Notes under the pieces: model-generated
The model's input: only the letters and a program-made list of their open reading frames with translations
The model's database searches: none
What the model was told of the DNA's origin: nothing
Part shown: positions 37,510 through 47,560 of the stretch, piece after piece
Layout: each line of letters starts with the position of its first letter
How positions within the stretch are numbered: position 1 is the first letter of the stretch
Position numbers and translations under genes: made by a program
NCBI GenBank assembly: GCA_001938485.1
Contig: MQRK01232061.1
Coordinates: 1 to 58,886, forward strand
Length of the DNA: 58,886 bases
From: Girardia tigrina
Lineage: Eukaryota
Direction of reading: 5' to 3'

Positions 37510-39566
37510 CTGAAATAAAAAAAAACGTATTAGAAAAATAATTAAAATAAAATTAATTTCTTAAAAAAGAAAAAAAAATTTTTTTTAATTCAAAATTCAT
37601 GAAGAAATAATATCAACTCGATTTTATGACTTCTTCATGGACGACAAGAATGGGAAAAGGTTTATTTATTATTCATTGAAAATTTACCTGTTCTGTCCGT
37701 TGGGCTAACGTCGTCGGGTTTTTCCCGATCATTTGCTGTCAACTCTTCGACATTGAAAATATCCCGTTTGGAATTGGGAATTGGAGCTTGAGAACTGGGT
37801 TTCTGTTGTTCGGGAGTCTCGTTCGGATTGTCTGTTTGAGAGCAAAAAAAAACGATAAAAATTGTCATTATTAATTTGATAAGAAAATAAATAAATAGAT
37901 TTATGAATTAAGATTATGGTTCGGAAATGACCTTTTAGTCCGAAATTCTATGATTAATGATCCAATTCAATACGATTGTTGAAAAAAAAAACGATTGATT
38001 GATGTCTCAAAAATAACAAATGGCAGAAAACCGGACTTAACGGAGGAACGTTAATTCAACCATGAAGTTTTGACAGTTTCAAAAATTGTTCATTCGCTTT
38101 TCAAATCAATCATTTTAATGTGCACGTGTCATTTTTTTTATAAATAAATATGGTTAATTTATCTTGAGGCTATCTGAATCAGTTCAATGAATATTTCACG
38201 TCACTGATTAAATATGAGTAGTATTAGTAAAGGGAAAGAGGAAGAGAAAGAGAAAGACTAACGAAACTCGAACGGGTAATTCACCAAAAGATTAAGAATC
38301 CGAGTGACAACCAAAGCCCTTGAAGGTAACAACCTAACAAGTTAATTTGTTGAAAATTAAAAATCATATAAATTAAAAACTGGGTTTATGGTGCAGTTGT
38401 CTGATGGGACAACAGTTGTTGGAAATCCATTTTCGATTTTGACAGAGTCAGATATACCACTGAATACAATGCCCGGTTGACCAGACGAAATCACTGCCAC
38501 TCGGTAACGGAGAATCTGTAGATTTTCACAAGGACATGATGACAACCGCTCCGAATTTCATCGGTGGTTAAATTGCAAAAATTGAAACATCAATTTTTGG
38601 AAAAATTCTAGCGTTCACTATTTGCCATAGAAGGAAAAATCAAAACCGATCAACTGTTCAGGTCTGTTCGAAAAAGCAACTGTTATAACCACTGACCAGG
38701 CCTGAAATAACGGTCTATTCCGCTAATTGGCGACCCTATATCAACCATTATTAGTAATCAAATGCAACCACAAAATGGCACCAGGACAAAATTTATCACT
38801 AAATAACATGAAAAAAAATTCTTTAAAAATTAAATAAAAATATATAAAATTTTTGTTAAAATTTTTTTTTTCTTTAACTCACAATTTCGTTTTGTAAAAC
38901 GAAAGAAATCTTTACTAATCTCTCAGGAAAATAAAAGAATTTCTCAATATTTCGAGAGCCGGAAATTACTTAGATATTCCGCTAGACCTCTAGGTTGATA
39001 AAAGAAGAAGTCGAGCTAAAGCGGTCTCATTTCACAGACGATAGCCAAAAGTAAAACATGTTATAAAACCCGTGGAAAACACAAAAGGAAGTAATCTTCC
39101 TAGATTCATTCACTTTTCTCTTTGTATTTTCTCTCTTAATGTTCGATCATTTACATTTCCGCTAATTTGCTTTTTTTATTATTATTTGAAATTTAATTTC
39201 TTTAAATATTATTTACACACACACAAAACAACCTCCTTTAATCTTTTTTGTTGTTGTCGAAAGAAAGTTTTTTTGTTGATACATCATAAAAAAACCAAAC
39301 TAAAAACATATTGTCCAATTTTTTTTTGATCTTTTTTTGTTTGGGAAAAACGTTAAATTTTTTTGTCGAATAAATACAAAAAATGTTTTGTTTTTATTGT
39401 AAAAAAAATAATTTTTTTATTTAATTTTTTTGGGCGGGGGATAATTTTTGTTTTTTTTTGATAAATCAAAAATATTAAAAATAAAAAAAATAATTTGTTA
39501 TAAAATAAACATACCAATCATTTTATTGGATTTCTGTTGAGGATTTTCTTGTTTACGTCTTGACAT
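35951..39566 (-). CDS. bcl11: BCL11-family (BCL11A/BCL11B, CTIP) zinc-finger transcription factor; 3 coding exons join(39566..39515,37831..37688,37509..35951), 1755 nt, 584 aa
   Basis: N-terminal MSRRKQENP motif; ZF1-like [23 protein letters not shown]; C-terminal triplet [50 protein letters not shown]...[21 protein letters not shown], nearly identical to BCL11A ZF4-6. Both introns are GT-AG, phase 1, and the join keeps the frame open to TAG at 35953-35951. Confidence 0.92.
37688..37831 (-). CDS. bcl11: bcl11 coding exon 2 (144 nt, phase 1-1, linker)
   Basis: Acceptor TTTTTTTTTGCTCTCAAACAG|AC and donor ACAG|GTAAAT; open frame [11 protein letters not shown]...SPTDRT inside ORF 37662..37868. 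Confidence 0.8.
39515..39566 (-). CDS. bcl11: bcl11 coding exon 1 ([17 protein letters not shown] + G), NuRD-interaction motif
   Basis: Minus strand reads ATG TCA AGA CGT AAA CAA GAA AAT CCT ... ATT G|GTATGT; 52 nt with a phase-1 donor. MSRRKQxxP is the RBBP4/NuRD-binding motif shared by BCL11, FOG and SALL. Confidence 0.9.
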
Positions 39567-39569
39567 AAA

Positions 39570-39960
39570 GTTCGAGATGATGTAAAAAAAAATTAATTTG
39601 GGAAAAATTTGCGTTTTTTACCTTTAATAAATTTTTGTAAAATATATTAATAAATTATTTTTATTGTTTATAGAAATATTATAACCATTCTAACGAATGC
39701 TTGATTTCTATTGGCCGGTTTACCAATCACACACACATCTCACCAGACATATATTAAAACCGTAATAGCCACACACACCGACCGACTACATGGCTGATTG
39801 AATCAAGAGAATCGCCCACTATTTTCTAACGGCACACAAACACTTCCAGCAAATGTTCTTAATAATATCTCAATTGTCATTGGTCGGTTGTGAATTACTG
39901 ACTGTGATTTGATATGTCGATTTTCGACGAATGAAAATTCGAATAACGCTGAATGAAAAA
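39570..39960 (-). promoter_or_regulatory. Putative bcl11 5' UTR and proximal promoter
   Basis: Unique, relatively GC-richer sequence directly upstream of the ATG, with CCAAT/ATTGG boxes near 39710, 39723 and 39879 and short CA runs. The TSS cannot be determined. Confidence 0.45.
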
Positions 39961-40418
39961 AATTCAAACAAAAAATTCTTATTGTTTAATTTATTCCAAT
40001 AAATTATTGTCGAATAATTTTTTATTTAATTATTTCTTTTTTTTAAATTCTAAAAATAATTTATTAAAATATTTGTCGGTCATTTTAATCTTATCTATTT
40101 TTTTCTCTTTTCTCTTGAAAATTCCAACGGAAGTTGCGTCACTTTTAAACTCAAAATAGCGCAACATGTGCTAGGTGCAGGTGACATCATTGAGGTTTCA
40201 CTTGAATAATTTGATATGGTACTAGAAGACATCGATAGTCAATTACATAATAACGATAATAAAATAGAGAAATTCGATCATAACCTGTGACATCACAATA
40301 AAAATAAACTAGGACAAAGAAAAAGAAAAGAAAAAAGCAGATGGTTTTTTTTTAAATAATTAATTACTATTTTATTAATTTAAAATATTTAAAAAATATA
40401 TTAAAATAAAATATTAAA

Positions 40419-41141
40419 TAAAATCCCATAAAATATAATTCGGATTCGAGAGCAAAAAAAGTCGTTTAATATATTTTTTATCAAAAATTAGAATTGAGTG
40501 GACCATACGCAATGACGTTTGGTTGAAGAGATAAAACTAAAGTGTATCTTTTTGTCATATCTTATCTTTTGATGAGCTTGCGTCTCAGTACAATTAATGA
40601 CAGAACCGAAACCCTATCAAATCTTATAATGAGGTATCGGTTTTCGAATGGTCTAAATCCAATTAATGGGTGAATAATCCAATACTTTGTGAGTTTTGTT
40701 ATACAATTATAGCAAGAGCCTACCTAAGACCGCTTCTTCTTTGATGATTTCTTTTCCCCCTGTTGTTGGATCCATGTAAAGGTCATCCTTCCTTATCAAA
40801 GCTTTTTACAAAGGTTAATATTTAACTATGACTTTCTATTTAATTTTTCTGTCGTTTTAAACTTAAAATATTAAAAAAAACTCCTTAAAATAATTTAATG
40901 GTTTTTTTTTCAATTTTCAAAAGCGATTTATAAAATCCCATAAAATATAATTCGGGCTCGGGAGCAAAGAATGTCGTTCAATACATTTTTTTATCAAAAT
41001 TGAGAATTGAGTGGACCATACGCAATGAAGTTTGGTTGAAGAGATAAAACTAAAGTGTATCTTTTTGTCATATCTTATCTTTTGATGAGCTTGCGTCTCA
41101 ATACAATTAATGACAGAACCGAAACCCCATCCCATCTTATA
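40419..41141. repeat. Pair of ~210-bp direct repeats (40419-40628 and 40931-41141)
   Basis: TAAAATCCCATAAAATATAATTCGG...GACAGAACCGAAACCC occurs twice with few mismatches, offset ~512 bp. Confidence 0.92.
40644..40723 (-). pseudogene. Short degenerate 28S rRNA fragment (peptidyl-transferase region)
   Basis: GGTCTAAATCCA...TGGGTGAATAATCCAATACTTTGTGAGTTTTGTTATACAATTATAGCAAGAGCC matches the LSU reverse complement GGTCTAAACCCA...TGGGTGAACAATCCAACGCTTGGTGAATTCTGCTTCACAATGATAGGAAGAGCC. Confidence 0.8.
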
Positions 41142-42096
41142 CGGTGACTGGGGGGCCATGAACCAGAGTTGGTCATTAATATTTATCAGATTCTGATAAT
41201 CGAGTACTACTTCACCAATTTTTGCGATTTGTCGTGAAAATAGCGGTTTTAATCTTCCCGAATTTTGCGGTCTGTAAATGGTGTCAAGATTTTTACACAT
41301 TAAAGATTATCAATGACAGAAAGGAATCTCAAATGTAAGTAAAAATGTTTTAATCTAATCGTAATTTTGGTAAGAAAAACCAACATTTGTTTTTTCCAGG
41401 ACTTTTCTGATTGTCCTTAAATTAAAAAGACTTAGGAGAACCCCGTTTTCGGGGACCGACAGGATTTGTCTTTGAGTCCTGAACTTTTATCATGAAATTA
41501 AAATATAATCAAGTTTTCTAATTTTTCATTAATTTTGTGTCTAAAAAATATCAAAAATAACATTAATAACATTATGATTATTGGTGTCGAATTACGAACC
41601 CTTCGATGGTGTCAGTAATTATTATCTTTTGTCCATTTTTAATAATTTTCAAGATTAATTTCCAAATCAATTATTATGTAAGATGTAAATTTTAATAATT
41701 ATTATTAACTTGAATTTATTTTGTAATAAATTTTGGTAAATTTATCTTTTATAATAATTTACCGAAATTGTTTGGGAAATATTTTTTCAATGTTTTCTTT
41801 TATAAATCTTGATCGGTCATTCAGTGTCAATTTTTCACGGAAGAGTGTCAATCTTATGTTATCTTTTTTAATAAAGATAAGTTTATGTTCATGACACCTG
41901 TTTAATAAACCTGTTCCGGTTTTAATGAATGTCAACTGGCAGTTCTTTTCCTTTATAAAGATTTCTTTGAAGTTTTTCAAGTCGAAAAAGGATTCGATGT
42001 TCCTAATCAATTACTTATGCAAATATTTAAAATTTTTGGTCACCATGTCTATACGCTCCACCTTTATTCTTTACCAAAAAATATTTTATGCATGTA

Positions 42097-43085
42097 TTAG
42101 GGTGAACCAAAAGTCTTTTCGTATTTTTTATTAAAAATTTAAACATAATTTTACAACAAATAAAAAACATTTAAGTTTTAAAGTAAAGGCCATTTGAATC
42201 TATAGCTTGAACCCATCTATGGGCAAGTTGTACGATCCCGCTGCGGTACCAATCCTTGTTCTTAGAAGCGAAGAACTGGTGACACCCGTTTTCGACCTCG
42301 GCCAGATTATTGAAGAAAGCTTGTCATAGAGCGGAAAATGTGATAGTCGGATGGCACAAGATCCGGACTATACGCTGGGTGTGGAAGAAGTTCAAAGGCG
42401 TCGAGATTTTTGATTTTTTTCCTTTGTTTGTTTGGCGGTATGCGATTTTGCATTGTCCTGTTGTAGAAGAACTCACTTTCGATTGATCAAAGCGGGGTAT
42501 TTCTCGCCAAGTGCCGCATACGTTCGATCAAGTTGGGTGCAATAAAAGTCAGTGTCGATAGTACGACCATTTGGAACCAGCTCGAAGTGAATCACGCCTT
42601 CGAAATTCCACCAAACATACAAAAGTGCCTTCCTTGAGAAACGATCTCGTTTCGCTACCGGTTTCGCCATTTGTCTGTGGTCCAACCATTGATTTTGTTG
42701 GTCTGGATTACTGAAGTAAACCCACTTTTCATCGAAAGTTACAATTCAAAGGATGAAACGGTCATCGCGCGGATTTTCAAGCAATTTTTGACAAGTTTCG
42801 AAACGCTTTTCGGCTTGAATTTGTGTCAATTCATGATGCACTTCTCGACATCATCTATTGACCTTGACAAGAGCGTGAAGGTGTCGTACAATGGATGTTT
42901 GAGGAACATCCAGTTCGGCCGACAATCTGCGAGTACTTATTGACGGATTTGTCTCAACGGCTTTACGAATTGCTTCGGAATCTACGGTGATAGGTCGGCA
43001 TGAACGTGCATTGTCTCCGAGGTCAATGTCGCCTTCGTTGAACCTTTTGAACCAATGTTGTGCAGTACGATTGGAGACCACATTA
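42097..43085 (-). mobile_element. 5'-truncated copy of the 22360 mariner, inverted orientation
   Basis: Near-identical reverse complement of ~22647-23651, including the 3' TIR and TA. Confidence 0.95.
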
Positions 43086-43492
43086 AAAAAACAAATTTAT
43101 TTCTCATACAAAAAATTTATTTTACATTTATTTAGATTTTCATTATTTAGATTTTCCATATATTATGTTTCAAACACGCCACTACCAGCCTCAAAACAGA
43201 GCTCAAATCTTTTAATTACGAAATCGATTGTTGAATTTTAAAAATCTCGCAGAATCTCTTACATGTCAACAGAAATACTTTGCAGAAGGTTATCCAAAGG
43301 ATCGATATTTTGTTTTTTACATACCCCCAAAATGCAAATTAAATTGGCCATCGGTCGGGTTTATATAAAGGCCACGACAATCAGTTCCTCTGGAGATGAT
43401 TTACCAATAAAATTTGGATATAAGAAGTTATGGTAACTGCATGAGCAACAAATTGATTTTTAAAAATCGTCGACAACCCTCAATTTCAGTAA

Positions 43493-43704
43493 GCCGCCAT
43501 ACGGCCGCATATGGCAGTCCAAATAAAAATGTCCGGTTGATTGGATTAACATCATTTTTATAACATTTTTATTAACATCACTTTATAACATTTGTATCTA
43601 AAACCATTTAATTAACATGTTCGTAATAATTTTTATAGATATGACATAAATCCAACCTGTCGTCCTTTTTTTATTTGGACCTCACTTTGCGGTTGTAAGG
43701 CTTC
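43493..43704. mobile_element. Possible PIF/Harbinger (Tourist-like) MITE
   Basis: Imperfect ~55-bp inverted ends (GCC.TAC..CCGCA...GTCCAAATAAAAA...TTGGATT) flanked by TAA/TTA. Confidence 0.5.
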
Positions 43705-44387
43705 TTATTATGCTTTATATAGTATTTTGACAATAAAATTGAACTTTCGCAAAATGGAATTGAACTTCGGTATTAAGTGTCCTCGAGATTAAATGTACTG
43801 AGACTAACCGTCTCTGGATTAAGTGTCCCCGTACCAAACCATCATAGAGAACTTCGATTTTTTATTTATTCTATCATTCTCTCAAAAAAAACTTTGATCT
43901 TTTTGCAAAAGTTCAATTTCATTGTAAAATATTGTATAACTTTATATAACTTTATTAACTGTTTCCATTCATTAATAAATTTTTGTGTATTTATTCATTT
44001 TAGTGACTTTCAATTTTTCGCTTATAATGTATTTTTTTATTTATTTATGTTCTGTCAAATCTATACTATTGTACCTAAAAAGGTGATAATTAATTTTAGT
44101 TTTTGTAAAATTCTTAATGAAGTAAAGATTTTCTTAACAATGATCAATAAAATTTCATAAATGTATGGTTTTGTATTCAAACATCCTAGATGGAGAGGAG
44201 AGCACCGATTAACAGAGAATGATCATACCATCTAGAAAGAGTTTCTACCTCAACTGGGAAGTTCTTTTTTTAATGACCTTTCCATCAAACAAATGTATGA
44301 AATGTCTCATTTCTGAAGTAAAGGGACAATGCGAAACAATATTTTCGTTGCCATGTAAATTTTTAACTTTGCAAAGCTTGAATTTTC

Positions 44388-45512
44388 TGTCGAGGTTCTT
44401 AGAGGAATAAGACTCTACTAAAATACGCAGCACCATTTCTTGTCGAGACAGTCAGTGGACAGCTTGTTTTCACTACTTGCCAAGATCTCTAGAAATTGAC
44501 GATGGTAAAGAGCTAATGAGCGAATGTACATAATGATACTCTGATCATCATACATGATAGATGTTGCGAGCCAAAGCAATAAAATTACTATTGTTATATT
44601 CGTACATCACTTATTGTTTTAATTGCGGTTTAAAACTGATTTCCGTTTTTTCCCATTTTGGGATCTTAAAAAGTTTTTTTCGATCAAATTTTTACATAAT
44701 CATTTATTGTCATCGAGAATGAGTGAGTGAGTAAAGTTTATGAATAAACGATCTGATAAAATTTGCGTGATTAATTTCAAGAAAATTTTAAAGCTAAAAA
44801 CGTCAAAGATGACTGCTAAAGTAAGCTCTGCTTAATTTTCTGGGAGAAGCAAGATAAAAAGTGACGCATCGTTTTGCTTTTACAGAAAAACCATATTTAA
44901 AGGACGAAATGGGGAAGGTTGTATCTTGAACAGCGTAAAATGTATTTTTTTCTGCAAAAAGAGAGCGAATACATCAATCAATCCAGATATATTATTCAAA
45001 GCCGGCAACGCGATATTTCTCAGCAGAAAAAGTAAAGTCTTGAACAAATATCGTGTCATACAAATACAAACTTCTCTGTTGTAGTTGATGAATCTCCCAA
45101 TATATACGGTAAAGCTTAACTTTGATACATATTCGCATGCTATCTTCAAATTTAAAATTATGCGAGGACAATCTTTCTATTGATAAATTATTGACTTTAA
45201 CATTAGAAGAGGATATATTTCGGGCTGTGTTAGTTAAAATGGGAACCTACTGAATTTCGGAGGAATATGCACTGGTGGTTCTGCTATTAGAGTAGACATC
45301 AGTTTTAAACCGCAATTAAAACAATAAGTGATGTACGAATATAACAATAGTAATTTTATTGCTTTGGCTCGCAACATCTATCATGTATAAAATAACATGA
45401 TGATGTTCAGAGTATCATTACGTACATTCGCTCATTAGCTCTTTACCATCGTCAATTTCTACAGATCTTGGCAAGAAGTGAAAAAAAGCTGTCTTTAATA
45501 AGAACCTCGACA
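44388..45512. mobile_element. Long-TIR element, Ginger-like candidate
   Basis: Highly similar ~180-bp inverted arms at 44458-44640 and 45298-45493; outer TGTCGAGGTTCTTA/TAAGAACCTCGACA; flanks TTTC/GTTC. Confidence 0.65.
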
Positions 45513-45549
45513 GTTCTTTGAGTGACAATTTTTTTAATATTAATTTAGT

Positions 45550-46470
45550 TTTTCTGATTGATATTTTAATATACATTAATTCTTTAAATTTGTCTTTACA
45601 GAGAAAAATGTCAATTTACTGCAATCTATTTAGAAACGTGCGTGAATTTTCCGATAAAGGTTTACTTTTCCAGAGGCAAATACAACAACCACAATATTTC
45701 CATTTTCCCTCAGTTGTCCTTGCGTTTGGAAAAGAAGGACATTAGGTCTGCAGATATTTCATTCAGTCAACTAGTGTTAGTTTTCGACACTCTTAACCAG
45801 ACATTTAGTGAACGATTCAAAATCTTTTAAAAGTTTTCTACAAAGATAAAACATGTCGCATTTCCAAATAAGGTAGAGACAGAAGATAAACCATTAGAAT
45901 TTCAACTGAGACATGAATGGATGATGAAGAATGACTTTCTTGGAAATAAATTAGAAAGTGATGATGATATGATCGGCATTTTAAAATCTCTAGTCTTCAG
46001 ACTACAGTCCACCATCACAAGAATGTTTTATTTATACTTCCTACTTTTTGTTTATTTTCAATAATGAATAAAGTTAAGTTTGATCAAAATAAAAAGTACT
46101 CTGTCGAAAATTAAGCATCAATTTATATAAAGAAGGATGTAAATGATGACAAATGACCGAAATATCAGTTCCAGACGTTAACTGTAAAACTTTAAACTAC
46201 TAACTGGAAAAATCACAAATATCGAAGACAATATAAACCCGTATTTTGAACAACCTTCCTCTCAAAATAATTGTAAAGAAAAAACTTGTAAATCAAAAAT
46301 TAAAGTTTGATATCCATTCTTTATGTAGACAGAACTCTACTTTGCCAACAAAGTTTTTCAAATTTTAAAAATTTAACATTAAAAAAAATTAATAAAAAAC
46401 ACAATAAAAATTAATGTAAACTACTTCTAATCTATAAGTAGTTATCTTGCAATTAATATTGTTCGGGAAC
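45550..46470 (+). mobile_element. hAT (GTF2IRD2/SPIN-like) transposase C-terminal relic
   Basis: INSLNLSLQ...QYFHFPS...FSERFKIF motifs in ORFs 45518..45745 and 45642..45830. Confidence 0.55.
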
Positions 46471-46629
46471 TCCGAATTTTCCGTTTTTTCCCATTTTGAG
46501 ATCTTAAAAAGGTTTTTTCGATCAAATTTTTACATAATTATTTATTGTCATCGAGAATGAGTGAGTGTGCAAAGTTTGAAGAAAATCGATTGAGTAAAAA
46601 GCCTTCAAAAACAGGTCTCTAAATTCCAT

Positions 46630-46631
<2 letters not shown>

Positions 46632-46694
<63 letters not shown>

Positions 46695-46763
46695 NNNNNN
46701 NNNNNNNNNNNNNNNNNNNNNNNNNNNNNNNNNNNNNNNNNNNNATATATATATATATATATA
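46632..46763. repeat. (TA)n microsatellite spanning a gap
   Basis: Direct observation; another (TA)n lies at 26252-26274. Confidence 0.95.
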
Positions 46764-46770
46764 CCTATAT

Positions 46771-47560
46771 CAGGGGTGGGCAAACAGTGTATCGCGATCG
46801 ACCTATCGATCGCGAGCTGTTTGATAGTAGATCGCAGGCGATTTTTCAGATAAATTTTAAATATTTAACAATAGATTTATTCGAGTAAAAAGAATCGTAA
46901 AAATAACATGAAAATACACAAATTTTCATTAAGATTTTAAATTAAGACTCAAAATTCAACTTTTAAAATTAAAATATATTTAAAGTTTAAATTCATGGCA
47001 ATTAAAATGATATTGGATTTTGTTTGAATATTCAAAAATTTGGTGTTGATTAATGTATTAAAATTAACCGCACAGCATCTTATACTTCGAAAGTCTTCGA
47101 GACAATCTAAGTTAGCCATTGAGGCATTCTATGTGATTTCCTATGTTTTGGGAAATCATAAAAAGTATTATGGTGATGGAAGCTTTCCTTGAGAGCAGTG
47201 AAAAATTATTTAACAACTTTAAATGGAAACACGACATATAAGTCTCGGAAATTAAGTCTCGGCAAAATAAGTCTCGGAAATTAAGATTTTAAAAAAATGA
47301 AAAATTCAAGTAAAGTTTAGAAAAAATGAAAAACTCCAGTAAAACTTAGAAAAAAATGAAAAATCTAATAAATTTCACAAAAAAGGAAAAACATTTTACT
47401 TGAATTTTTATTTTTTCTATATTTTAATGGAGTTTTTCATTTCTTTCTAAAATTTACTTGAATTTTTCATTTTTTTAAAATTATAATTTCCGAGACTTAA
47501 AAGTCGTGCTCCGACTTAAAATATAGCGATTATTATGTCAAATATCCCTAAAACGCAAAT
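46771..47560 (+). mobile_element. hAT (SPIN/Buster-like) 5' end with N-terminal transposase relic
   Basis: TIR-like CAGGGGTGGGCAAAC with ATCGCGATCGAC subterminal motifs; AIEAFYVISYVLGNHKKYYGDG. Confidence 0.6.
47225..47513. mobile_element. Small foldback Mutator-like element nested in the hAT relic
   Basis: Three TAAGTCTCGG units on the left and inverted CCGAGACTTA on the right; CACGAC/GTCGTG near the ends; 9-bp TSD ACTTTAAAT/ACTTAAAAT. Confidence 0.8.

Noticed and set aside
38285-38545. Extra bcl11 coding exons (ORF 38357..38545 and a 49-nt AG/GT-bounded segment at ~38285-38333)
   Set aside because: They show no BCL11 similarity, and the 49-nt segment would shift the frame.
22360-43085. 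Composite transposon mobilising bcl11
   Set aside because: The outer TIR of the second copy is missing, there is no shared outer TSD, and both transposases are dead.
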